Source: Pirellulales bacterium (lineage in GTDB: Bacteria > Planctomycetota > Planctomycetia > Pirellulales > UBA1268). Taken from it: a stretch of DNA of 39,258 nucleotides. The stretch spans positions 1 to 39,258 of the forward strand of contig JBIIOJ010000003.1 of assembly GCA_044337015.1 (NCBI GenBank), written 5' to 3'. The notes below the pieces were generated by a model that was given only the letters and a program-made list of their open reading frames with translations, had not been told where the DNA came from and ran no database searches. This document shows positions 27,942 through 37,286 of the stretch, one piece after another (position 1 is the stretch's first letter; the number at the start of each line of letters is the position of its first letter). A program made the translations under genes and the position numbers.

Positions 27942-29050
27942 ACCGGGGCGACGACGACCTGAACCGGCCCGACGATGACACGGCCCTCCGGGCTCGTCCG
28001 GCAGCGAATCCCGTCGGGAAGGTCGATCGGCCGTGCCGTGCCTTGTCCGCCGATCAGGTCCGCAAGCCGCAGGTAGTGGCGGGCCGTCATGTCCCGGCGC
28101 GGCCATCCCTCCCGCTTCCAGAGCTGGACGAACAGTTCCCCGAGCAGATGGCGGTCGAGGCGGGCGAGCCGTCGAGGGTCGATGACGATCGAGCCGTCGG
28201 CCTCCCGGCGGGAATGGTCGTCGAGGAGGAGGTCGGCGGCGGCCGCCACGGCCCCGGCGATGCCGGCCGCCTGGCGACCGAGCCGCCGGATCGATGCCAC
28301 CGCGGCCGGATACGGTCCTTCCACGAGAGACGGCAGGATCGCGTGGCGGAGGAAGTTCCTCGCGAACGTCTCGTCGGCGTTGGTCAGGTCGTCCCGCCAG
28401 GCCTGCCCGCAGGCGGCGAGATAGCCACGCACCACCGATCGCAAGATGCCGAGCATCGGACGCGCAAGTGCGATGCCCTCGGCGAGTTCGCGAACGACGG
28501 GCATGCCGGCGAGGCCGGCGAGGCCGGTCCCCCGCAGGATGGCGTGGAGGATCGTCTCGGCCTGGTCGTCCGCCGAGTGGGCTACGACGACGGCTCTCGC
28601 CCCGGCCGCGCCCGCCGCCTCCACGAGGAAAGCGTACCGCAGCCTCCTCGCCGCGGCCTCGATCCCCTCGCCAGTCTCCCTCGCCACGTCGCGGCAGGCG
28701 ATTCTCCGCGAGACGAACTCGAGGCCCATGTCGCGGGCGACGGCCGCGGTGAACTCGCGGTCGAGCGGAGCATCCTCCCGGAGGTCGTGCTCGGCATGGG
28801 CCACGATGATCGGCCGCCGCCTGCCGGGACCGACGCTCGGCAGCACGTCGCCGTGGACCATGGCGTGAAGCAATCCGACGCTGTCGGCGCCGCCGGACAC
28901 TGCCACCACGATCGGGCCACCCGAGAACGCCACGAGTCGGCACGCCTCGCGAAGCGGTTCGAGCATCTCTTCGCGGGCCGCAGCCCGGTCGTCTGGGATC
29001 TCCCGGTGGCCCACGGTCTTGGTTCGCGGCTCTCCGGGCGGCGATTTCAT
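27911..29050 (-). CDS. tilS: tRNA(Ile)-lysidine synthase
   Basis: PP-loop [40 protein letters not shown]....ARNFLRH; start at 29050 or 28966. Confidence 0.92.
   Translation of the reverse strand: MKSPPGEPRTKTVGHREIPDDRAAAREEMLEPLREACRLVAFSGGPIVVAVSGGADSVGLLHAMVHGDVLPSVGPGRRRPIIVAHAEHDLREDAPLDREFTAAVARDMGLEFVSRRIACRDVARETGEGIEAAARRLRYAFLVEAAGAAGARAVVVAHSADDQAETILHAILRGTGLAGLAGMPVVRELAEGIALARPMLGILRSVVRGYLAACGQAWRDDLTNADETFARNFLRHAILPSLVEGPYPAAVASIRRLGRQAAGIAGAVAAAADLLLDDHSRREADGSIVIDPRRLARLDRHLLGELFVQLWKREGWPRRDMTARHYLRLADLIGGQGTARPIDLPDGIRCRTSPEGRVIVGPVQVVVAPVQSPRISTRR
27938..27979. repeat. Degenerate 21-bp tandem duplication at the convergent MFS/tilS ends
   Basis: ctgaaccggggcgacgacgac / ctgaaccggcccgacgatgac (3 mismatches); encodes Til[15 protein letters not shown]. 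Confidence 0.65.
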
Positions 29051-29192
29051 CCGATGTCTCCGGTGATTCCCACCCACTCTACCCCGGTTTCCCGGCGTCG
29101 GAAACGGGATTGAGCGGCCGGCGGGCGGGGCCTACTCTCCTGCCGCCGCTGGACCGATCTCCGGCCGGCCGTTCGTCACGGAGGTTCGAGGA

Positions 29193-29843
29193 ATGGATCG
29201 CTCACGCCTGGGTTCTGGCTCCGTCCTTCTCGCCCTCGCGGGCCTCGTCGTCACGGCCGCGGCGGGCGGCTGCTCGACGCTCGGCGGACTCGCCTACCTC
29301 GTCAATCCCGACGACGTGCCGGCCGAGTCGACGGCGCTCAAGGGCAAACACGTCGCCGTCGTCTGCCGCCCCGTGGTCGAACTGGAATACAGCGACGCCG
29401 GATCATCCCGCGAACTCGCCCGTCTCGTCGGTGAATCGCTCGCGGAGAACGTGCGTCGCTGCCGAGTCATCGGCAACACGGAAGTGGCCCGATGGCTCGA
29501 CGAGAACGACTGGGTCGACTATCCCACGCTCGGCAAGGCCGTTGATGGGAACATCGTGGTCGGAATCGACCTCGAGGAGTTCCGTCTCCACGAGGGCTCG
29601 ACGCTCCTGAAGGGGCGGGCGAAGTTCCGCATCCGGGCGTTCGACATCGACGAGGGGAAGGTCGTCTTCGACAAGCGGGTGGACGACTTCGCCTACCCCG
29701 CGGACGGAGCGATTCCGGCGAGCGACTGCTCGGAGTCGCAGTTTCGCGAGACGTTCCTCAGGCTTCTCTCGCGGCGGATCGCCCGCTGCTTCCACGCGCA
29801 CGACAGCCGCGAGCATTTCGCCGAGGAAAACCTCACCTTCTGA
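29193..29843 (+). CDS. Putative lipoprotein
   Basis: GGAGG and GAGGA upstream of ATG; hydrophobic signal followed by lipobox-like AAGG-C. Confidence 0.75.
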   Translation: MDRSRLGSGSVLLALAGLVVTAAAGGCSTLGGLAYLVNPDDVPAESTALKGKHVAVVCRPVVELEYSDAGSSRELARLVGESLAENVRRCRVIGNTEVARWLDENDWVDYPTLGKAVDGNIVVGIDLEEFRLHEGSTLLKGRAKFRIRAFDIDEGKVVFDKRVDDFAYPADGAIPASDCSESQFRETFLRLLSRRIARCFHAHDSREHFAEENLTF

Positions 29844-29862
29844 GCCGGCCGAAGGCGTTCGG

Positions 29863-29901
29863 TCAGGGCGGCGACCGTTCAGAGCGGCGACCATTCAGAG
29901 C
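29863..29901. repeat. 16-bp tandem duplication (about 2.4 units) overlapping the VWA gene stop codon
   Basis: tcagggcggcgaccgt / tcagagcggcgaccat / tcagagc. Confidence 0.75.
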
Positions 29902-31871
29902 TTTGTGAGATCCCGCTTCTTCGGCGGCCGGGCGAGCATCCGCTTCTGGTCGTCGTTGGGCGCCATGGCGACGCCGTTGCCGGCCCCGGGCGGCGGATCG
30001 TTGACGCCCGTGTGGGCCTCGGTCCACCGGTAGCCCAGCGGCATGCGGAGTTCGTCGGCGGCGATCATCGCCCAGGGCGTTCCAGGATGCTCCTGCACGA
30101 CCCGCTCGAGGTACGTCTTCGCCTGCTTGGCAAGCTTCTCAACCTGCGAGCCGACGCTGATCTCGTCCGCCGGCTCGAGCACCCAGGTGTCGTTCCCGGC
30201 GGTCTTGAAGACCATTCCGGTCTTTGCCTTGGCGAGCATCTGGTTGTAGGCCTCCGTGCGGATCTTCGTCGCGAGCACCCGCCCCATCGCGAGGTCGTAG
30301 CCCGCCTGCCAACGCTTTTCCCGGATCTTCGCCCGATCCCCCTCGCCCTTGGCAAGGATGGAGTAGAGGTTGTTGATCTTCGGCTCGAGGACCGCTGCCA
30401 CCTTCTGGGCTTCGCTGAGGAGGTTCACGAGATCCCCCTCGTTCTTCTTGGGAAACGTCATTTCAGGGGATTCCATCGGCTGGACTTCCGCCTGCATCGA
30501 AGCCTCGAGCAGCGATGCCACCGCCTTATTGGCGGCGACCTTCTGCTTGAGCTTGGGAAGCGACAGGTATTCCGGAGCGTAGGGCCGCATCGCCTGTGGA
30601 TCGAAGAAATGCCGGAGCTGCGACGACATCGCCGCCACGCTCCGGTCGTCCACCCGGCCCGTCGCGCCACGGTTCGCATGGACGGCAAAGTAGATCCCGC
30701 CCGACTCCGCGCACAGCCGCGACAACGCGTACGGGCCGAAGCCTGAATCGATCGCGTCGTCGGCGTAGCGGCCCGAACGCACCCGGACGACCTCCGGGAA
30801 ATACGACTCCGGCCCCTGCTCGATCTGGGCCCACTGCGGCTCCTGGGCGTACGCGGGGTCGGGATCGATGAACTTGAACCTCACCTCCCGCATCCCGAAG
30901 GGCGCGGGCACGCCGACCACGTAGACGGGCATCGCGAAGTCGCGGCAGATCTTGCAAGTCTGGTCGACCTTCTCCTGGTCGTTTCCCACCTCGTCGGTGA
31001 ACGCGATGATCATCACGTTTCGCATCGGCTGCGTCGTCCTGAAGACCCGGGTCGCTTCCGCAGCCCGCTGAATGGCCTCGAAGGTCATCTCGGCGCCAGA
31101 ATCGTCGATCGGGATCGAACGGATCGCACCGACGACGTCGCTCACCTCCGCCGTGGGCTTTTCGGTGACCTTGTGCACCGATTTGCCATAGGCGATGACG
31201 ATGTTGAGCAGCTCCTTCTTCGCCTTTTCCGAGCCGATCAGGCCGAGCTCCGCGAAGACGCGATCGAGGCGGCCGGCGATCGCTTCCCGCTGGCCGGCGA
31301 GACTGACGGACTGGTCGAACAGCCAGCAGACGACCGTCGGGCCCCGCTCGAGCGTGTTCTTGATCTCCAGCGTGAGCCTGTCCACCGCGCCCGAGGCCCC
31401 GGTCGAAGCCTCGGTGCCGCGACCCTTCGCCATCGCCTGCGCGGCGACCACCGGCGCGGCCGCGTCGAAATCGAGCGGCTCGAAAGATACATCCGCCGAG
31501 ATGTCCTCGACCATCGCCACGTCCACCTTTGGCAGCTCGTTGAACGTGGGGGCCACCGCCTCCAGTGCCGCCGATTCACTCTCCTTGCTCTGCGACCCCA
31601 GTTCCGGCTGCAACTCGGACGTGACGAAAACCTCCTGCGGAATGACGATCGGCTTCTCGCGTTCCATGGGGGCCGTGATCGTGACGAGCGGCTCCGACCG
31701 TGGCAGTTCCACGATGCCGACGAGCGCAAGAGCGAGCAGCACGGCGACGTGGAGCACGAGGCTCACCAGCCAGGCCGGCGAATCGCCATCGACGGGGAGG
31801 TCCTCCTCGCCGGAGAACTCCTGCCAGCGACGTTTCAGCCGTTCGACGATCGACACGCTGCGTTTTTCCAT
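29895..31871 (-). CDS. Membrane-anchored VWA-domain protein
   Basis: N-terminal TM SPAWLVSLVLHVAVLLAL; MIDAS-like WLFDQSVS, E.TF, IIAFTDE; helical C-terminal region ending EHPGTPWA. Confidence 0.8.
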   Translation of the reverse strand: MEKRSVSIVERLKRRWQEFSGEEDLPVDGDSPAWLVSLVLHVAVLLALALVGIVELPRSEPLVTITAPMEREKPIVIPQEVFVTSELQPELGSQSKESESAALEAVAPTFNELPKVDVAMVEDISADVSFEPLDFDAAAPVVAAQAMAKGRGTEASTGASGAVDRLTLEIKNTLERGPTVVCWLFDQSVSLAGQREAIAGRLDRVFAELGLIGSEKAKKELLNIVIAYGKSVHKVTEKPTAEVSDVVGAIRSIPIDDSGAEMTFEAIQRAAEATRVFRTTQPMRNVMIIAFTDEVGNDQEKVDQTCKICRDFAMPVYVVGVPAPFGMREVRFKFIDPDPAYAQEPQWAQIEQGPESYFPEVVRVRSGRYADDAIDSGFGPYALSRLCAESGGIYFAVHANRGATGRVDDRSVAAMSSQLRHFFDPQAMRPYAPEYLSLPKLKQKVAANKAVASLLEASMQAEVQPMESPEMTFPKKNEGDLVNLLSEAQKVAAVLEPKINNLYSILAKGEGDRAKIREKRWQAGYDLAMGRVLATKIRTEAYNQMLAKAKTGMVFKTAGNDTWVLEPADEISVGSQVEKLAKQAKTYLERVVQEHPGTPWAMIAADELRMPLGYRWTEAHTGVNDPPPGAGNGVAMAPNDDQKRMLARPPKKRDLTKL

Positions 31872-32044
31872 GGGCCGGACTCCGGGCGAACCCTCGAAAA
31901 CAAGACCTTCAACCTATCCGGAGAGTTCGACTCCGGCCACTCCTATTATTCCCGGCCGATTGCCGCCCGGGACGGAACGCATTTTTCCGGGATCGGCGGT
32001 TTTTCGTACAATTCTCCAGGATGTCGCGGCCCGCAGGACTTTCC

Positions 32045-33052
32045 ATGAAACGAACCTGTTCCATGCTCCGAGTGGCGATGGTTTCCCTGGTCCTGGCGGT
32101 GCCCCTTGCGGCCGGACGGAACGCCCACGGGGAGGACGACGGCGAGGCCGCGGAGGGTCCGCCCGAGGCGGAGATCGTCGAGCTTTTGCCCAGCGACGGG
32201 CTCGCGGTCACCGCCTGGTACTACCCACCATGGGCCGGCTCGGAGGAGGAGCCGCCGAAGGGGGTGACGCCGGTCATCGTCGTGCACGACCTGCTCGGAT
32301 CGCACGAGTCGATCGAGCCCCTCGCGCTCGCCCTGCAGCAGAAAGGGATGGCGGTCATCGCGCCGGATCTCCGCGGGCATGGCGAGAGCCGCCGGAGAGC
32401 CGACTCTTCGACGAAGGAGAATCTCGACGCCGGCCAGTTCCGCAAGGCCGATCTCGAAGCGATCGCAGCGGTCGCGGGCGGCACCGTCCGCGAGCAGGCG
32501 GCCGTCCAGGGAGATCTCGAAGTCGTGCGACGATGGCTGGCCGACAAGGCTGAAGACGGCTCGATCGACATGAAGAAGCTTTGCGTCGTCGGCTCCGGCA
32601 TGGGAGCCACCCTCGCGGCGTACTGGGTCGCCAACGACTGGGCATGGGGCGAACGGCCGCTCGCCTCCGGGCCGCAGGGAAGATTCGTCCGGGGACTCGT
32701 CCTCGTCAGCCCGGTCTGGTCCGGCAAGGGCGTGTCGCTCACCCCCGCGCTCGCCTCGCCGGCGATGCGGGGTGGCGTGCCACTGCTGCTCATCGCGGGT
32801 TCGGCCGACCGCGATGCGGCGAGGCTCTTCGACCAGCTGAAGCGATTCCAGCCGGACTCGTGGTTCGAGCAGAAGGCCGGCCAGGAACCGAAGTCGGCTC
32901 CTCAACTGGGCAAACCCGCCGATGCCGACCTCTTCTCGATCCAGCTGGCGACGCCGCTCTCCGCCGACAAGATACTGGCGGATCCGACCGTCTCGCCGGC
33001 CGAACGGATCGCCGGGTTCATTGGCCTCGCGACGAGCCGTCGTGGCAAGTGA
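32045..33052 (+). CDS. Exported alpha/beta-hydrolase-fold protein, probably non-catalytic
   Basis: Signal peptide; SDGLAVTAWYY, PVIVVHD, APDLRGHGES, elbow region VVGSGMGA, LVLVSP. Confidence 0.75.
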   Translation: MKRTCSMLRVAMVSLVLAVPLAAGRNAHGEDDGEAAEGPPEAEIVELLPSDGLAVTAWYYPPWAGSEEEPPKGVTPVIVVHDLLGSHESIEPLALALQQKGMAVIAPDLRGHGESRRRADSSTKENLDAGQFRKADLEAIAAVAGGTVREQAAVQGDLEVVRRWLADKAEDGSIDMKKLCVVGSGMGATLAAYWVANDWAWGERPLASGPQGRFVRGLVLVSPVWSGKGVSLTPALASPAMRGGVPLLLIAGSADRDAARLFDQLKRFQPDSWFEQKAGQEPKSAPQLGKPADADLFSIQLATPLSADKILADPTVSPAERIAGFIGLATSRRGK

Positions 33053-33084
33053 TCCGGCCGGTTCACCCGGCTGCGGAATCCCGG

Positions 33085-33801
33085 CTACAGCGGTTCGATG
33101 ACGCGGTCGCGCTGCCCCGACGGCACGCCCGCCGAGCCTGGCGGCAGTTGGAGTGCGAGGCCGATCGGCAGGATCTTGGGATCCGCCAGACGGTCGCGAT
33201 TGGCCGAGAAGATCGCTTCCGCCGCCGCGGGGTTCCCGTAGAACCGTATCGCGATGCCCGTCAGGTCGTCGCCATCCCTGACAACGTAGTGCTGCGGCAC
33301 GCCGGAGGACGGCCGAAGCTCGGCTCCCCGCGGCCGGAAGTCCGCCCTGGGGCGGGCCACCGACAATGGCGGCGGCGAGTGGGCGTCGAGCAGCGGCGGC
33401 GGCGGAATCTCCACGGTCGAACGGTAGGTGGCGTCGAGGGCCGGCGGCCGGCCTGCGAATGCCGGCGGCAGCGGCGGCAGCGGCTCGGCGAGCGTCGCGG
33501 GGGCAAGGGGCGGGCTCACGACCGCCGGATCCGAGAGCCCGATGCCTGCTGGCGGCGCCGACTTTTCGAACTCGTCCTTCCAGATCGCCTCCTCCGAACG
33601 CGGCTCGGGGGCTTCCTCGCGGATGACGTGCCTCGGCGGCTCCGACGCCCGGCGTTCCAGCGGCGCGGCGCGGGGCGGATCGTCACGATCGCGGCCGCCG
33701 TCGCCGAAGATCAACTGCACCGCCGGCATCGAGACCCAGGCGGCGGCGCAGAGACAGAGACAGGCGAAGGTGAGCCTTGGAAGTCGCGATAGCGAGGGCA
33801 T
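33085..33801 (-). CDS. LysM peptidoglycan-binding domain protein with N-terminal anchor and Pro-rich linker
   Basis: C-terminal YVVRDGDDLTGIAIRFYG...IFSANRDRLADPKILPIGLALQLP. Confidence 0.82.
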   Translation of the reverse strand: MPSLSRLPRLTFACLCLCAAAWVSMPAVQLIFGDGGRDRDDPPRAAPLERRASEPPRHVIREEAPEPRSEEAIWKDEFEKSAPPAGIGLSDPAVVSPPLAPATLAEPLPPLPPAFAGRPPALDATYRSTVEIPPPPLLDAHSPPPLSVARPRADFRPRGAELRPSSGVPQHYVVRDGDDLTGIAIRFYGNPAAAEAIFSANRDRLADPKILPIGLALQLPPGSAGVPSGQRDRVIEPL

Positions 33802-33934
33802 GAAGAGCTTCCGCCACGAAGAGAGTTCTCCCAAGTATTCCCCCGCCCAGGCACCCGCGCTGCCCGATCCCCGACCGCGGCCGACCACAGCCCATCGACC
33901 GCGCCGTTACACGCCGCACGACCGTCAGGGTCGA

Positions 33935-34304
33935 GCACGGGCAGCCCCTTACAAGCAGAGCAGAGCAGACTGAAGGAGACCGCATTGGCTTGCGGAAGGG
34001 AAACCGCTCCGGCGCATTTGAAGGACACCGCATTGCCGCCGCGGGAGCGGACGCATCGTCGCTACGGTGAGGATACACCTGATGCTCCTCAACGTCCGCT
34101 CCCGCGGCGTTCAGCATCGAAGTTCGTGTGTGACGCATTCAGTGCCACGTTTGACCGCGAGGGGTTGCCCGTGTGCCCGAGACGGCGTATGCAGACAAGC
34201 GAAGCAAGGATTGCGGAGCGAAGTCTGCATCCGAGCGAGCGAAGGACAGGATGTCCGCAGCGAGCGTCCGGCGAGCGGCACACGGGCAGTCCCGAACCCC
34301 AGCA
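33935..34304. repeat. Composite non-coding repeat element (most complete copy): conserved block, inserted hairpin, and inverted-repeat-bounded hairpin module
   Basis: 33980-34040 is 56/61 identical to 39045-39105; similarity to the 39 kb copy resumes after 34105; imperfect terminal inverted repeats at 34161-34177 and 34277-34298. Confidence 0.88.
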
Positions 34305-34341
34305 CACTTGACGAGCCCTGAACAGCCGGCAGTCCGCGAAG

Positions 34342-37278
34342 TCAGGTCGGCGTGAGCGACGGCCGACCCGCCGGGGCCGCGGACCGCTGCTGCAGCCAGA
34401 GCACGATCGGCGACGCGATGAAGATCGTGCTGTAAGAGCCCGTGACGATGCCGACGAGCATCGTGAAGGCGAAGGCGTGGATGCCCTGCCCGCCGAACAG
34501 GTAGAGAATGAACGTCGCGATGAACGCCGTTCCCGACGTCAGGATCGTGCGGCTGAGCGTTTGGTTGACCGCCTTGTCGATCATCGCCGCGCTCACCGTG
34601 GGGCTCTTGCCCCGGATCTCGCGGAGCCTGTCGAAGATCACGATCGTGTCGTTGATCGAGAAGCCGACGATCGTGAGCAGGGCCGCCACGACGTCGAGGC
34701 TGATCTTGAAGTCGTCCACCAGGGCCCAGCCGAGGTAGGGGGAGAGGTACTGGCTCATCGCGATCAGGGCGACCGTCACGAGGACGTCGTGCACGAGCGC
34801 GACGACCGCCGCGAGGCCGAAGGCCACGTTCTGGAACCGCAGCCAGACGTAGAGCACGATCATGACGACGCTTGCGACGAGGGCGTAGACCGCCGTCACC
34901 TGCGTGTTGCCGGCGACCTTGCCGCCGATGGCGTTCGACGAAAGGTAGACCGGCACGTCGGCCATCTCCTTTGCCATCCGGTCGACGACCTTGCCGAGCG
35001 GCTCCGGCCCGACCGCCGTGGCGAGCGTCCAGGTCCTGTAGGGCTTCGAACGCGTTGTCATCTCCTCCGCTTCGAGCTGGAATGGGGAGCCCCCGAGCCC
35101 CTCGGCTGCCATCGCCGCCTCGACGGCGGCCTGCAGCCGCGGCAGGCTGATCCTCTCCGGGAAATCGAGGACGACGGTCGTCGGCATGAGCCCCGTCTCG
35201 GACTTCTCGCCCTGCGGCCCGCCCTCGGCGGCCGGCTTGGCCGCGGACGACTCGATCTTGCCGTAGCCCATCGACTGCGTCTTGAGCCGGCCGGGAAACG
35301 CCTCCTGCAGCAGATTCTCGACCGCCTTCTGGTCCTTGACGGAGGTGTCGATTTTGTAGCGACTGCCCTCGGGCACGTCGGGGGACTGCATCGAGCTGAC
35401 GGCGGCGTCGGGCAACGTTGCGACGGCCTTCCGGACGTCGGCGGACGAGAGCTCCTGCCCTTCGCGGAACTCGACCTGCACGCTGCTGCCCCCGGTGAAG
35501 TCGATGTCGAAGAGCCCCTGGCCGCGGAAGTAGGCGGCCGCGCCACCGAGCACCAAAAGCGCCAGCGAGAAGGCCATCGCCGTTCCCATCCAGGAGACGA
35601 ACGGAATGTCGGTCTTGCCGAAGAGCCGGGCCATCGAGAGCCGCTTGATCCAGCCGGTCCTCTCGGCGAGATCGAAGAGCACTCTCGAGCAGAAGACCGC
35701 GGTGAAGAGGTTGAGCGTGAGGCCCAGGATGAGCGTGACGGCGAAGCCCTTGAGCTGATCCGTGCCGATCGCGAAGAGCACGAAGCCCGTGATGAGCGTC
35801 GTGAGGTTGGAGTCGACGATCGTGGAGAAGGCCCGCTGGAAGCCGTTGCGGATCGCCATCCGGAGCGCCGCGCCGCGGTCGAGCTCCTCTCGGATCCGCT
35901 CGTAGATCAGCACGTTGGCATCGACGGCCATGCCGACCGAGAGGACCAGGCCGGCGAGGCCGGCGAGCGTGAGCGCCGCCTTGAGGCTGATTACGAACGC
36001 GAGCACGAGCACCACGTTGAGCAGCACGGCGAGGTCGGCCACGAATCCCGCGAACCGGTAGTAGGCGAGCATGAACAGGAGCACGGCGGCCGTCGCCAGC
36101 AGCATGGCGCGGGCGCCGGACCGGATCGTGTCGACGCCCAACTGCGGGCTGATCGACTGCTCGCTCACCGGCTCGCTGACGAGCGCCGCCGGCAGGCTCC
36201 CCGCGTTGAGCACGCCCACCAGGAAATTGACGTCTTCCTGCTTGAAGCTGCCGGTAATCTGGCCGCTCGAGCTGATGGCGCTGCGGATGGTCGGGGCCGA
36301 GAGCAGGACGTCGTCGAGAACGATGCCGAGGCGGCTCGTCAGCTGGTTCGCCGGGTCGGGCAGGTTGGCGCCCGTGAGGGCTCCGAAGAGCGACGAGCCA
36401 GCCGAGTTGAAGCTGAAGTTGACGCAGGGCTGGAGGTTCTGGTCGTAGCTCGAAAGCGCTCGGGTCAGGAATCCGCCGGTCACGTTGAACCGGTCGAGGA
36501 CGACGAGCGCCTCCGTGCGGCCATCGGGCGTTGAACGCGTGACGAGCCCCCGCTGCTCGGCCGACCCCATCTTCCCGGCGTCGAGTTCAACCCACCGGCC
36601 GACCGGCCGGCCCGCTTCGCTCACGGTGGAGCCGGTCGCCCGCGTGCCCGCCTCGATGACCTGCTTGTGCCTCGGGTCGTCGGGGTTGGCCGTGATGCGG
36701 AACTCCAGCACCCCGGCGCTCGACACCACCCGCTTGATAAGGTCGGTCTCCGCCTGGTCAACGGCCGGAACGATCACCTCGATCTGGTCCAGTCCGTACT
36801 GGCGGACGGTGACTTCCTTCTGCCCGCCCGGATTCACGCGGCGGCTCACAGCGGCCACGAGTTTGTCCATATCGATCCGGCCCGCGGGCATTCCCGCCTC
36901 GCCAGCGGTCTCTCCCTCACCATCGGCGGCCGCCCCCTCGCCCTCAGCGGCTTCGCGGGCCGTCGCGGCCTGCTTCGCGGTGTCGACCTCGTAGACGAGG
37001 ATCACGCCCCCCTTCAGGTCGATGCCAAGCCGTGGCGGCCAGCCAAGCGCGATCACGACCGCGGCGACGGCGAGCGACGTCAGGACGACGGCAATGCGGC
37101 CCCACATGTCCGACACCCGCAGGGCCCGGGCGAGCAGCCATGCCACGACCGAGGGCACGACCACCGTCGCGATCGCGATCGGCCACGCGGCCCAGCCTTC
37201 CCGCCACCAGGGCATCGCGGCGGCGGCGGCAGCCGGCTCGGTGACGGCGGCGGCAAGGAGGAGAAGGGAACCGTTCAT
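34342..37278 (-). CDS. secDF: Protein translocase SecD-SecF fusion
   Basis: LGIDLKGG, VLNAGSLP, LAGLAGLVLSVGMAVDANVLIYERIREE, IVDSNLTT, IDFTGG, FSINDTIVIFDRLRE, GSYSTIFIA. Confidence 0.96.
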   Translation of the reverse strand: MNGSLLLLAAAVTEPAAAAAAMPWWREGWAAWPIAIATVVVPSVVAWLLARALRVSDMWGRIAVVLTSLAVAAVVIALGWPPRLGIDLKGGVILVYEVDTAKQAATAREAAEGEGAAADGEGETAGEAGMPAGRIDMDKLVAAVSRRVNPGGQKEVTVRQYGLDQIEVIVPAVDQAETDLIKRVVSSAGVLEFRITANPDDPRHKQVIEAGTRATGSTVSEAGRPVGRWVELDAGKMGSAEQRGLVTRSTPDGRTEALVVLDRFNVTGGFLTRALSSYDQNLQPCVNFSFNSAGSSLFGALTGANLPDPANQLTSRLGIVLDDVLLSAPTIRSAISSSGQITGSFKQEDVNFLVGVLNAGSLPAALVSEPVSEQSISPQLGVDTIRSGARAMLLATAAVLLFMLAYYRFAGFVADLAVLLNVVLVLAFVISLKAALTLAGLAGLVLSVGMAVDANVLIYERIREELDRGAALRMAIRNGFQRAFSTIVDSNLTTLITGFVLFAIGTDQLKGFAVTLILGLTLNLFTAVFCSRVLFDLAERTGWIKRLSMARLFGKTDIPFVSWMGTAMAFSLALLVLGGAAAYFRGQGLFDIDFTGGSSVQVEFREGQELSSADVRKAVATLPDAAVSSMQSPDVPEGSRYKIDTSVKDQKAVENLLQEAFPGRLKTQSMGYGKIESSAAKPAAEGGPQGEKSETGLMPTTVVLDFPERISLPRLQAAVEAAMAAEGLGGSPFQLEAEEMTTRSKPYRTWTLATAVGPEPLGKVVDRMAKEMADVPVYLSSNAIGGKVAGNTQVTAVYALVASVVMIVLYVWLRFQNVAFGLAAVVALVHDVLVTVALIAMSQYLSPYLGWALVDDFKISLDVVAALLTIVGFSINDTIVIFDRLREIRGKSPTVSAAMIDKAVNQTLSRTILTSGTAFIATFILYLFGGQGIHAFAFTMLVGIVTGSYSTIFIASPIVLWLQQRSAAPAGRPSLTPT

Positions 37279-37286
37279 GCTCGTGC

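Noticed and set aside
33935-34304. CRISPR array, tRNA, or group II intron remnant
   Set aside because: There are no regularly spaced identical repeats with unique spacers, no cas genes, no tRNA T-loop/cloverleaf consensus, and no recognisable intron domain V.
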